64,000 bases of DNA from an uncultured Candidatus Saccharibacteria bacterium (GTDB lineage: Bacteria; Patescibacteriota; Saccharimonadia; Saccharimonadales; UBA10212), in the NCBI GenBank assembly GCA_964460855.1, contig CAYWQH010000006.1, positions 3,232 to 67,231 of the forward strand, in the 5' to 3' direction. Both the position numbers and the translations under genes were made by a program. Positions 1-8,839 of the stretch are shown here, one piece after another. Each line of letters begins with the position of its first letter. Within the stretch, counting starts at the first letter, position 1. The notes beneath the pieces were generated by a model. It searched no databases and was not told where the DNA came from. It was given only the letters and a program-made list of their open reading frames with translations.

Positions 1-332
1 AGCCGGTAGCCGGCCAGTTGGCCGTTGACGTTTATGAAACCCGCGAAAAGCTTATAGTTAAAGCCCGCACCGCCGGTGTTAACAAGAACGATTTAGACGT
101 GAGTATTTCTGACAATACGTTAAGCATCCGCGGCACATTGAGCGCCGGTAACGAAGACGACGTTGAGAATTACTTTGTGCAGGAGTGTTACTGGGGCGAA
201 TTTAGCCGCAGCATTGTACTGCCGATACCTGTTAAAGAAGAAGAAATCGAAGCCATGCTAAAAGATGGCGTACTGACGATTAGCTTTACTAAATTGAAGC
301 AGGACACAGTAAAGAAGATCCAGGTTTTATAA
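1..332 (+). CDS. Hsp20/alpha-crystallin small heat-shock protein (5' end outside window)
   Basis: VDVYET...ECYWGEFSRSIVLP...A.LKDGVLTI.F.K and a C-terminal I-x-V motif (KKIQV) are typical of sHSPs; the reading frame is open to the window edge. Confidence 0.9.
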   Translation, partial: PVAGQLAVDVYETREKLIVKARTAGVNKNDLDVSISDNTLSIRGTLSAGNEDDVENYFVQECYWGEFSRSIVLPIPVKEEEIEAMLKDGVLTISFTKLKQDTVKKIQVL

Positions 333-352
333 AATTTAAGTTTGAAATTATG

Positions 353-381
353 GGCACCCTCGGCAACCGGGGGTGTTTTTG
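353..381 (+). terminator. intrinsic terminator after Hsp20
   Basis: ggcaccctcgg-caa-ccgggggtgtt stem followed by a T-run. Confidence 0.7.
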
Positions 382-383
382 TA

Positions 384-412
384 TTGACTAACAGGGGTAG
401 ATAGTGTATTTT
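384..412 (+). promoter_or_regulatory. putative sigma70 promoter for the small ORF
   Basis: TTGACT-17 nt-TATTTT. Confidence 0.5.
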
Positions 413-448
413 AGCTGGGCTAGTGCAACCCGAGGCCGGGAGGCTAAG

Positions 449-619
449 TTGGCTGGTTGGCAGGAAGATGCCCTGAAGACGGCAGTCAAGAACTGGAATG
501 ACGCCGGCAGGCCGCCGGACGGCCCAGTCAAGGCGTCGATGGTCACCGCGTACGCCAAGTACGAGCAGAGTATGCAGGCGGCCAAGCAGAATCCACACCC
601 CCTCGACTACTACACGTAG
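449..619 (+). CDS. small hypothetical protein (56 aa, TTG start)
   Basis: GGGAGG Shine-Dalgarno 5 nt before an in-frame TTG at 449 (ORF track 404..619); upstream promoter and downstream hairpins. Confidence 0.55.
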   Translation: MAGWQEDALKTAVKNWNDAGRPPDGPVKASMVTAYAKYEQSMQAAKQNPHPLDYYT

Positions 620-634
620 GGCGGGGGCAATCAG

Positions 635-710
635 GGGAGGCCGCTTCGGCGGCCTCCCGCTGGCCACACTGGCAAGGGGCGGGCGCTACCAAGCGCCGCC
701 CCTAATTTTT
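635..710 (+). terminator. two GC-rich hairpins between convergent genes
   Basis: gggaggccgc-TTCG-gcggcctccc (635-658) and aggggcgggcgct-acca-agcgccgcccct (675-703) followed by aattttt. Confidence 0.65.
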
Positions 711-714
711 ATAA

Positions 715-1125
715 TTAGCCCGCTACTGCCCGGCCGAGAATAAAGCGCACAATTACTTGGGCCAGGGCCACGATGATCAACCCGATAATCGCGTAAAGAA
801 TGGTGTTTTTAGCACTGGTTACATTGGCGCTGTCGCCGCCGCTGGTAATGTAGCGCAGGCCGCCGATGATTATCATAATCACCGCGACTACTCCGACAAC
901 AAACGAAAACAGGTTAATTACCGTAGCGATCAGTTTATTAACTTTATCAGAGGCAGCCCCGGGCGTAATACCGCCGCTGGCACAGTCGCTGCTGACGTCT
1001 AAATTAGCCCCGGCACATAAGCTGTCTTGAATATCGGCTTGGGCGGCTACCGGCGCGGCGGCGGCCATCAAAAACAGCATGCTCACCGCAAAAGCTTGTA
1101 AGGAGAATAGTAGTCGCTTAAACAT
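715..1125 (-). CDS. VirB2/TrbC-like T4SS pilin (CPR type)
   Basis: signal peptide, Cys-pair variable region, then two hydrophobic helices joined by GGLRYITSGGD...AKNTILYAIIG. Confidence 0.85.
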   Translation of the reverse strand: MFKRLLFSLQAFAVSMLFLMAAAAPVAAQADIQDSLCAGANLDVSSDCASGGITPGAASDKVNKLIATVINLFSFVVGVVAVIMIIIGGLRYITSGGDSANVTSAKNTILYAIIGLIIVALAQVIVRFILGRAVAG

Positions 1126-1168
1126 AGATTAATTTTACTACAACGAAGCGCTTGGCAGAAGGAGTTAT

Positions 1169-1624
1169 TTAAGAAGCGCTATTGGTGGCACGGCTGAGTA
1201 CGAAGTGGACGATGAACTGGGCGAAAGCGACGATTACCAAACCGATAATGGCATAGAGGATGGTATTTTTAGCGGCCGATACACTGGCGCTATCGCCGCC
1301 GCTAGTGATATAGCGGAAGCCGCCGATGATGATCATTATTACGGCTACTACGCCGACAACGAACGAAAATACGTTGATGACGGTAGCAATCAGGTCGTTA
1401 ACGCTATTAGTGGATTGGGCATCACAATTATTAGTGCTTACGGTGGTGCCCGGATCCGGGGCTTTTAAAGTAGAGCCCTGGCACAAACTAGCTTGGATAC
1501 AGGCATCGCCGGAGCCGGCGGTACAGGTAGTGGTAGCGGCCATAGCAGCCGGCGCAATTGCCAGCGGTATAGCCACGGCAAAAAAGGCCGCCGTGCTAAT
1601 TAATAACTTTTTGATTTTGTACAT
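1169..1624 (-). CDS. VirB2/TrbC-like T4SS pilin
   Basis: same GGFRYITSGGDS...AKNTILYAIIGL core; signal peptide; 4 Cys in the variable region. Confidence 0.85.
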   Translation of the reverse strand: MYKIKKLLISTAAFFAVAIPLAIAPAAMAATTTCTAGSGDACIQASLCQGSTLKAPDPGTTVSTNNCDAQSTNSVNDLIATVINVFSFVVGVVAVIMIIIGGFRYITSGGDSASVSAAKNTILYAIIGLVIVAFAQFIVHFVLSRATNSAS

Positions 1625-1688
1625 AAGAATTTTCCTTATAATTTTATTTTACTTATCTTATACCATAACTGTTAACCAAGCAAAAGAG

Positions 1689-2135
1689 CTAGGTGGTGCG
1701 GGACAGGACAAAATGGACAATTATCTGGGCCATTGATACCACCACCAAGCCGATAATGGCATATAAAATGGTGTTTTTGGCCGCCGAAATGGCGCCGCTG
1801 TCGCCGCCGCTGGTAACATAGCGGAAGCCGCCGTAAATAATCATTATTACCGCCACTATACCAACAATCCAGGAAAATATATTTATGACGTTAGCTATGG
1901 TGTGGTTAACGCAAGTTGTAGAGTTGGTGGATGTAACGCCATTAATAGTGCAAGAAGCTTTGCCGGTAGACTGGGTGCCGCAAGTTACGGCATCGGCGCT
2001 GGTGGCAGGGTTGTTGCAATCAATTGTTGCCGCCGCATGTGCCGATATAGGCGCTAACGCCAGAATAAATAAAGAGCTGAGGCCGGTAAGGGCCAGCGCC
2101 AGGTTTCTTAAATGCTTATTCATATTAATGCTCAT
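1689..2135 (-). CDS. VirB2/TrbC-like T4SS pilin
   Basis: GGFRYVTSGGDS...AKNTILYAIIGL core; signal peptide; 4 Cys. Confidence 0.85.
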   Translation of the reverse strand: MSINMNKHLRNLALALTGLSSLFILALAPISAHAAATIDCNNPATSADAVTCGTQSTGKASCTINGVTSTNSTTCVNHTIANVINIFSWIVGIVAVIMIIYGGFRYVTSGGDSGAISAAKNTILYAIIGLVVVSMAQIIVHFVLSRTT

Positions 2136-2536
2136 AATAACTGATCCGCGATAAATGTCGCAATAACTACTGCCAGCAGGCCGACAACCAGCCCGACAAT
2201 GGCATATAAGATTGTGTTTTTAGCGGTAGTGACTTTGCCGGCATCGCCCCTGGCTGTTATGTACATCAAGCCACCGCTAATTAGTGCTATCGTGGCGGCG
2301 ATGCCTACTACGTAGCCAATAATTAATGTGGCGGTGTGCAAAATGCCTTTAGGCCCGGTAATCGGGTCGGTTACCGGTTTTTTTGCTTCTTGGCAGGTGG
2401 TACTGTTTGCCGATGGGCCGCTGCACACCGTTCTAGTCGGGAAAAAGTTCCAGGCGGCCGCCGGCCGGGCAGCAAACAGCTGGCTCGCAACAACCAGGGC
2501 GGTAAATACAAAAATAAGCAGGTAAAGTTTTTTCAT
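2132..2536 (-). CDS. VirB2/TrbC-like T4SS pilin
   Basis: GGLMYITARGD...AKNTILYAIVGL; ATGA overlap with both neighbours. Confidence 0.8.
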   Translation of the reverse strand: MKKLYLLIFVFTALVVASQLFAARPAAAWNFFPTRTVCSGPSANSTTCQEAKKPVTDPITGPKGILHTATLIIGYVVGIAATIALISGGLMYITARGDAGKVTTAKNTILYAIVGLVVGLLAVVIATFIADQLL

Positions 2537-2847
2537 TTGGCCAACCCCAGCACGAAGTTAACGATAATGAAAGCCGAGCCGGCAATAACCATACCTATGG
2601 CCGCATAAACAATGGTGTTGCGGGCTTTAACGATTTTAGCTGGGTCACCCTGCGAAGTAACATATTGCACGGCCGCCAGCATAATTACCACCACGCTGAT
2701 TGCGCCGATGACACCTAAAACATAATTAACGATGGTCAATAAAGTCGACGAATCAGCTTTGGCATGGGGAATAATAATGTTATTGGAGCCCTGCAGCGGG
2801 GCGCCAAAGCTAACCGCCGAAATTAATAAACCGTGGAGCTTGTTCAT
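2533..2847 (-). CDS. VirB2/TrbC-like T4SS pilin
   Basis: QYVTSQGDP...ARNTIVYAAIG between two hydrophobic helices. Confidence 0.8.
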   Translation of the reverse strand: MNKLHGLLISAVSFGAPLQGSNNIIIPHAKADSSTLLTIVNYVLGVIGAISVVVIMLAAVQYVTSQGDPAKIVKARNTIVYAAIGMVIAGSAFIIVNFVLGLAK

Positions 2848-3224
2848 CCGCCTATTTTAGCCCCTATAAACCTGACCACAGCCGTGGCAATTATTACGAT
2901 GCCCATGCCAACCACGGCATTAATAATACCGGTGCGGGCCGAAGCGGCCTTTTCGGGGTTGCCTTGCGAAGTAACGTAGCGCAGTCCGGAAATAATTATG
3001 TAAATGGCCGCTAAAAAGCCGGCCAGCATCAGCAGGATCTCGATTATGGCGAAGCCGATAGCCCATAGGTCGTTTAAGCCGTTAACGGTGGGGCTGCATT
3101 TGTGGGTAACCGGGTCGGTTTCGCTTGGCAAATATTTATACCAGGTGGGCAAACCAAAGAATGAACCGCCGGGCGCGCACGACGCGGCGAAGTCGAAAGG
3201 TATTTTTATCAAAGCCAGGATCAT
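2844..3224 (-). CDS. VirB2/TrbC-like T4SS pilin
   Basis: FFGLPTWYKYL N-terminal motif, then GLRYVTSQGNP...ARTGIINAVVG; start moved to the ATG at 3224 (ATGA overlap, GGAGG upstream). Confidence 0.8.
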   Translation of the reverse strand: MILALIKIPFDFAASCAPGGSFFGLPTWYKYLPSETDPVTHKCSPTVNGLNDLWAIGFAIIEILLMLAGFLAAIYIIISGLRYVTSQGNPEKAASARTGIINAVVGMGIVIIATAVVRFIGAKIGG

Positions 3225-3937
3225 TGCAAAATGCCTCCCGGTATCAGCCATTGCAGGAACGCCCACATAAACATGAAGGCCAGTAAGCCGATAACTGTAT
3301 TCATGATGCGTTTTTTGGCATTGGCCGTAGCCGTTGGGTTATCGCCGGCGGTGCTGTATTGGATGCCAGCTATTATTAATGATATTACCGCGACAATGCC
3401 AACGCCAGCCGCCAAGAAGTTTATGAAGGTTTTAAGCAACTTAATGATCGGGCTGGTACTGACGCAGGCGTTGACGTTATTGGGGTCGTTGCATTGGGGG
3501 CGGGAATTCAGGCCGTTGGGTGTCGAGGTAGGGCTGGTTTGGGAGTGGGCAGCCTGCCAGGCGGCCAGCTGGTCGTTAAGGGTCTTGCAAGAATTTTGCC
3601 GGAAAGTCAGTTGGGGCGTGTCTTGGACTTCCAAAAAGCAGCCGCTTTTAGGCGTGCCGGTAATAGTTTTATTGTTGCCGTCTAAAAAGACCGTGGGCTT
3701 GGTGGCGCCGGGATGCGTACTGGTGCCGGTAAAAGTACTGCAATCCGAGGGGTCGGAAAAACCGGTGGGCTGCTTAAAGTCCGTGGATACATAACAAAGA
3801 GATGGTTGTACGCCAGCATCTGCCGGCGGTATGGCACCCGCGGCCAATACCGGCGAGCGCATTAAAACCGGCACCGCCAATAAGGCCAGCAGCAATACCG
3901 TAAACAAGATTTTGGAAGTGTTTAGTTTAAGCGTCAC
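3221..3937 (-). CDS. extended VirB2/TrbC-like pilin with a large Cys-containing N-terminal domain
   Basis: C-terminal GIQYSTAGDNP...AKKRIMNTVIG...WLIPGG; GTG start at 3937 just after TAAAAT (ORF track starts at 3988). Confidence 0.75.
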   Translation of the reverse strand: MTLKLNTSKILFTVLLLALLAVPVLMRSPVLAAGAIPPADAGVQPSLCYVSTDFKQPTGFSDPSDCSTFTGTSTHPGATKPTVFLDGNNKTITGTPKSGCFLEVQDTPQLTFRQNSCKTLNDQLAAWQAAHSQTSPTSTPNGLNSRPQCNDPNNVNACVSTSPIIKLLKTFINFLAAGVGIVAVISLIIAGIQYSTAGDNPTATANAKKRIMNTVIGLLAFMFMWAFLQWLIPGGILQ

Positions 3938-4048
3938 GAGTATTTTATCCTGTAAACAACTATATAACACTTTTGCTTTGTAACCCAACCAAATAAGAGG
4001 GGTGGGGCCAATTGTTGTACCCCTTATGCTATGGTATAGTCAAACAAG

Positions 4049-6802
4049 ATGGTAAACAGAGCAAAAATTGGGACCTGGTTAGTCTTTGTTTGTTTTTTCC
4101 TGACAATAGCCGCCAACTTTATACAGCCGGCCACCGGCCATGCCGCCGCGATCGGCGCAGTCAGTTTAGCCGAAGCCCAAAAAGGCCCTTATAACTTTAT
4201 TAACCGCTCCACCATAGAAGCCCATTTGGGCAGCCAAGTTATTGATTTTGTAGATACCAACCCGTTTGACACTAATCTTAATTATGCCGCCCAAGACTAT
4301 ACTTGTGACGGCAGCATACAATTACACACCAGCGCCGCTGACAAGACCTTTCAGCTTGGCGGCGTACCGGGTAATTTTTCAGCAACATTGTCGATGACGG
4401 CCTGGGACGCCCAAAATAACTGTAATAGCAAAGTTAACTGGGACATTACCCATCTAATCAACCACCAGCCAACAACCGGTACGGGCGAAGCCTTTTATTT
4501 CCAGTGGGTAGATAGCGGCACCATTAAAGTTTCGGTGGGCATTAACACTAAAAACGAAAACGACGGCGAAACTTACCGGGTTATCAACCCTAAGCAGCCG
4601 AACCGCTTTTTCAGGGATTCCGAAAACGGCCAGGATTGCCAGGATTATGTAGATGTGGACGTAGCTAATAATTCAGGCAACGAGCTAAACTGGCAGTGTA
4701 ACGGCAAGAAGCAGGTCCAGGTAGGCGCTAACTTCGTTAATGTTAACTCTATAACGGACGGCGGCAAAAATGGCAAAATCGCAACGATTGCCAGCCGCCA
4801 GTTCTTAATTGGCGGCGTCCAAAATAAGAATAAGCCGGCCACAGCGGCCAACACTGGCGGGGCCGCCGACCAAACCTGCGAGTCCGAAAACCATACCGGC
4901 CTGGAATACTTGTTTTGCCCGGTGGTTAACGCCCTGGACTCGACGATTAACGACTTAAACAGCCAGATAGAATCGCTGCTGACATTTAAAACTTCGGGCA
5001 AGGGCAGCGACTTTGGTGCCGGCAACGAAATGAAAACGGTGTGGAGCGCTTTCCGCTTAATTGCCACATTGCTGATAGTTCTGGCTATGATGATAGCCGT
5101 TATATCGCAAACTGCCGGCTGGGACTTTATAGACGCGTACACGATCAGGCGGCTGCTGCCCAAGCTGGTAATTGCCGCCATATTCATCCAAATTTCATTC
5201 CCGGTAACGGTGTGGCTGATTGATTTATTTAATGCCATTGGCGCCGGCGTGGCCGAGCTGATATTCGCGCCGTTTGGCGGCTCCGGCCATGTTACGCTGT
5301 CAAATTTGCTGGGCCATAATGTCGGCGGCGCCCAGTCGTTGGGCTTATTCGCCCTAGTGTCGGCCGGCCTTTTGTTTGGCGGCCTGGTTATGAATATTTT
5401 TGGCGTAGCCGCGCTGGCGCTTACTGCGCTAGTGGCGCTATTCGTCGGCTTTTTGGTATTGGTGCTTCGGAAAATATTGCTGGTGGTGTGCGTAATTATG
5501 GCGCCGATCGCTATCGTAGCTTGGATTATCCCGTCGCCGGGCATCCAAAAATGGTGGAAGCTCTGGCACGAAACCTTCTTTTCGCTGTTAATAATGTTCC
5601 CGATTATTATGGCCGCCATAGCCGTGGGCCGGGTGTTCGCCTCGATTGCCGTGACCACACAGGGCAACGGCACCATCGTGAATTTCTTTATTATCGTGCT
5701 GGGCTTTTTCGGACCGTTCTTTTTGCTGCCGTCAATTTTTAAACTGGGCGGGCGGGTGCTGCAAACGTTTACCGGCTTTACCAACGATAAAAGCAAAGGC
5801 CTGTTCGACCGTTCGCGCAACTGGCTGGGCGACCAGCAAAAATCCAAGAAAACCCGCAAAGAGCGCGAAGCCCAAAGGCGCATGGCCACCGGTGATTACC
5901 GGCGGCGCGACCGGCTAATGGGCCGGCCGGCGACCGACCGGTTCACGACCGGTACGGTTCCGTTTGCTTCTAAATCAAACCGTATTAAAGCCCAAAAAAT
6001 TGGTGAACAGTATGAAGCTTTCCTGGCTGAAGAAATGAAAAGCGAAAAAATTAAAGCCGATAACGTTATATCTAACCTAGACCAAGACGGCCAAAAAGAG
6101 TACCGGCGCTTAATGCTTACCGGTGGACGGGGCAGCATTAAGGGCCTGGACGGAACGACCATAGATGTTGACGGATCGCACGCCACCGAAGCCCAGCGCC
6201 GCGTTGTGCTCGATAACGCTTTAGGCTTTAAGGATTACCAGAATGTTGACGAATATTTAAGAACTGCCGATGCTTCGCGCAACGAAACTATGCGCCAAGA
6301 AGCTACCCGTTTCCGGCAAGCAAATGTAGGCGAGCTAAACAAATCATTGCAGCACTCCCTTGTGCCCGCCAAGGTCAATGAAACAACTGGCCAACTTGAC
6401 GTATCTGCCGGGTTTGCATTTGCAGCCGGCAAGAACCCAGAGGCTATAGTAGGCATGAGCGGTTACGAAGTACAGAGTATTTTGGCGAACACCGAAGGCG
6501 CCGACCTTGAAAAGTTCTTAGCCAACTACGCGGCAGCCGCGTCCGGCAAAGACCGGCTGGCGCTTGACCAGGGAGGCGCCGAGGCCGTTAAAGCTTTTTT
6601 AAATAACGACCCTAATCAAACGATAGGCAAAATTAATGGCTCATGGGTAGATCCAAAAACTGGTATAACCGAAACTGGCAAGCCAAAAATTATTGGATCT
6701 ATTGATATGTCTAAAGCTGCCCGTATTAATCCGGATACACGGAATATTATTAATAAAGAAATAAACGATAACGGGACTATTGTACCCAGGCAGAACCCCT
6801 AA
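4049..6802 (+). CDS. VirB6/TrbL-like polytopic T4SS membrane protein with large N-terminal extracytoplasmic and C-terminal soluble domains
   Basis: signal-like N-terminus; central multi-TM block (WSAFRLIA...LRKILL...APIAIVAWIIP...WWKLW); first gene of the operon containing VirB4. Confidence 0.75.
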   Translation: MVNRAKIGTWLVFVCFFLTIAANFIQPATGHAAAIGAVSLAEAQKGPYNFINRSTIEAHLGSQVIDFVDTNPFDTNLNYAAQDYTCDGSIQLHTSAADKTFQLGGVPGNFSATLSMTAWDAQNNCNSKVNWDITHLINHQPTTGTGEAFYFQWVDSGTIKVSVGINTKNENDGETYRVINPKQPNRFFRDSENGQDCQDYVDVDVANNSGNELNWQCNGKKQVQVGANFVNVNSITDGGKNGKIATIASRQFLIGGVQNKNKPATAANTGGAADQTCESENHTGLEYLFCPVVNALDSTINDLNSQIESLLTFKTSGKGSDFGAGNEMKTVWSAFRLIATLLIVLAMMIAVISQTAGWDFIDAYTIRRLLPKLVIAAIFIQISFPVTVWLIDLFNAIGAGVAELIFAPFGGSGHVTLSNLLGHNVGGAQSLGLFALVSAGLLFGGLVMNIFGVAALALTALVALFVGFLVLVLRKILLVVCVIMAPIAIVAWIIPSPGIQKWWKLWHETFFSLLIMFPIIMAAIAVGRVFASIAVTTQGNGTIVNFFIIVLGFFGPFFLLPSIFKLGGRVLQTFTGFTNDKSKGLFDRSRNWLGDQQKSKKTRKEREAQRRMATGDYRRRDRLMGRPATDRFTTGTVPFASKSNRIKAQKIGEQYEAFLAEEMKSEKIKADNVISNLDQDGQKEYRRLMLTGGRGSIKGLDGTTIDVDGSHATEAQRRVVLDNALGFKDYQNVDEYLRTADASRNETMRQEATRFRQANVGELNKSLQHSLVPAKVNETTGQLDVSAGFAFAAGKNPEAIVGMSGYEVQSILANTEGADLEKFLANYAAAASGKDRLALDQGGAEAVKAFLNNDPNQTIGKINGSWVDPKTGITETGKPKIIGSIDMSKAARINPDTRNIINKEINDNGTIVPRQNP

Positions 6803-6804
6803 TC

Positions 6805-7956
6805 ATGGCAGTATATAAAGTAATCCAGGATATCGAAGCCGAAGACAAAATCTTAGGCCCGTTTGGCCTTAAGCAATTTGGCTACGCCTTTGTGGCAGTG
6901 TTTTGCGCATTTATAAATTTCCAGTTTATCGTCCATTCGGACATCGGCCCGGCCCGATTCGTTGGAGTTTTAATGTTTATTTGGCCGATGATATTATTCG
7001 GAGTTTTGGCCGCGCCGCTGGGCGGGGCCCAGCCAACCGAGGTATGGCTGTTAGCGCGCCTCCGCTTTTTTTTGAAGCCGCAAAAGCGGATATGGGACCA
7101 AAGCGGCGCCAAGCAACTGGTTACCATAACCGTGCCTAAAAAAGTAGAGAAGCACCTGACCAAAGATTTTACCCAGTCCGAAGTGCATAGCCGCTTGCAG
7201 GCCTTGGCTACAACGCTGGACAGCCGCGGCTGGGCGGTTAAAAACGTTTCGGTTAACTTGTTTGCCGAGCCCGGTTACTTAACCGACACCAATACCAACG
7301 AAGACCGGTTGGTTGGTACCGAAAGCCTGCCGCAAGAAGTGCCGGCCATAGACGTACGCGCCGAAGACGACATTTTAGATACCCGGTTTAACCCGACCGC
7401 CCACCACGTAGACGTGCTGGTCAAAGAAAAAACCGAAGAAGTAAAAAAACAAACCATCCAGAATTTCAACCAGGCGATTAATTCCGCTGCTTCCCAGGAT
7501 AATGACAAGCATGGGGACGGCAGGCACCATAAAGAACGCCGCCAGGACAAGCTGCCGGCCGATAATTCCGGCGAGCCGCTGGTGACCTTTGACCGAAGCG
7601 TAGTCAGCCCCGGCGACGACCCCCATAGCCGTGGTGCGGCCAAGTTAACGCCGGCCGAAGAAGCCAAATTCACCAAATTAATGCACGAACTCAGCGCCCA
7701 CGACAAGCACCGCGAAAGCTTTAGCCGTTTGCCTAAAATCATGCCGCTCAACAAGCAAAGAGAGCTTATAGACCAGATGGACCGGATGACAGACGAACAG
7801 CGTACTGCTAAACTTAAAGAACTAGCCAATAATGACGATTACTCGGTGGCGACGATTGCCAAACAAGCTAAACGCGAATCCGCCAAAAGCGGAGAAAAAC
7901 CTCGCCAACCCGAGAAACATAATGATGATGACGAGGTGGTAGTTTCACTGCGCTAA
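6805..7956 (+). CDS. PrgI-family (VirB3-like) membrane protein with a long charged tail
   Basis: YKVIQDIEAEDKILGPFGLKQF motif, two TM helices, then FFLKPQKRIW. Confidence 0.8.
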   Translation: MAVYKVIQDIEAEDKILGPFGLKQFGYAFVAVFCAFINFQFIVHSDIGPARFVGVLMFIWPMILFGVLAAPLGGAQPTEVWLLARLRFFLKPQKRIWDQSGAKQLVTITVPKKVEKHLTKDFTQSEVHSRLQALATTLDSRGWAVKNVSVNLFAEPGYLTDTNTNEDRLVGTESLPQEVPAIDVRAEDDILDTRFNPTAHHVDVLVKEKTEEVKKQTIQNFNQAINSAASQDNDKHGDGRHHKERRQDKLPADNSGEPLVTFDRSVVSPGDDPHSRGAAKLTPAEEAKFTKLMHELSAHDKHRESFSRLPKIMPLNKQRELIDQMDRMTDEQRTAKLKELANNDDYSVATIAKQAKRESAKSGEKPRQPEKHNDDDEVVVSLR

Positions 7957-7981
7957 ACGCGGCGAAGGTGGGAGCTTAATT

Positions 7982-8839
7982 ATGGATCCAAATATGCAGC
8001 CAAATTCACCAGGGTACGGGGCTCCGCCGGGAGCGCCGGGTGCCGGCATGCCGCCGGGCAACATCCAGCCCGCAGTAGTGCCAACTGCCGCCGGGCAGTC
8101 CAAATCCAACCCCAACAGCACCCAAAACGCGCTGCATATCAGCGAAATCCGCGACGGCATAGTAATAATGAACGACGGAACCTTCCGGGCCGTAGTAATG
8201 TGCAAGTCGATTAACTACGACCTGATGAGCCCCCAGGAGCGCGAAGCGGTGGAATACAGCTACCAGGGCTTTTTGAACTCGCTGTATTTTCCTATACAAA
8301 TAAGCGTCCAAAGTTCCAAAGTAGATTTACGGCCGTACATCGACAAGCTCGATAAAATCCGGGCCGAGCACGACAACATGCTTTTGGCCCTTTTAATGGA
8401 CGATTACATCGACTTTTTAGCGTCGCTGGCCCAGCAAACCAATATTATGGACAAGCGGTTTTATGTGGTTATCAGCTACCCGGACCCCGGCGAGGATTTG
8501 CGCCACGCCGTAAAACAAGGCACCAGCTTTTTTACGGGTTTAACCGAACTGTTCAGCCCCAGCAAAGAACCGCATTTGGTAATAAATGAGGCCGTGCTGG
8601 AAAACGCCAAAACCGAGCTGCGCAACCGGGTGCAGGCGGTATTGCAGGGCTTGCTGCAGTGCGGCGTGCAAGGTTTGCCGCTGGACACCCAGGAATTAAT
8701 CGAACTTTATTACGACGTTTACAATCCCGACACCGCCACCCGCCAGCAGTTAAAGAACTTTAACGATTTAAATACTCCGATTGTTACCAAAGGTGAGGGC
8801 GAAGCGCCCCAGCCAAACCTGGATAAGGAGATGCAGTAA
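7982..8839 (+). CDS. conserved T4SS-associated protein resembling the TraC/VirB4 N-terminal region
   Basis: STQ..L.ISEIRDGIVIM.DG.FRAV...SINYDLMS..E..A....YQGFLNSL.FPIQI; stop overlaps the VirB4 start. Confidence 0.7.
   Translation: MDPNMQPNSPGYGAPPGAPGAGMPPGNIQPAVVPTAAGQSKSNPNSTQNALHISEIRDGIVIMNDGTFRAVVMCKSINYDLMSPQEREAVEYSYQGFLNSLYFPIQISVQSSKVDLRPYIDKLDKIRAEHDNMLLALLMDDYIDFLASLAQQTNIMDKRFYVVISYPDPGEDLRHAVKQGTSFFTGLTELFSPSKEPHLVINEAVLENAKTELRNRVQAVLQGLLQCGVQGLPLDTQELIELYYDVYNPDTATRQQLKNFNDLNTPIVTKGEGEAPQPNLDKEMQ

Noticed and set aside
715-2135. Repeated DNA in the pilin region as a possible CRISPR array or DGR template/variable repeat
   Set aside because: The repeats are paralogous coding cores; there is no fixed repeat-spacer period, no adenine-specific pattern evident, and no cas or reverse transcriptase gene in the window
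4645-5889. 414-aa antisense ORF and many other shadow ORFs (e.g. 9999..10760, 11275..11859, 3231..3794, 62153..62683)
   Set aside because: They lie fully opposite well-supported genes and have no recognisable motifs; expected from codon bias
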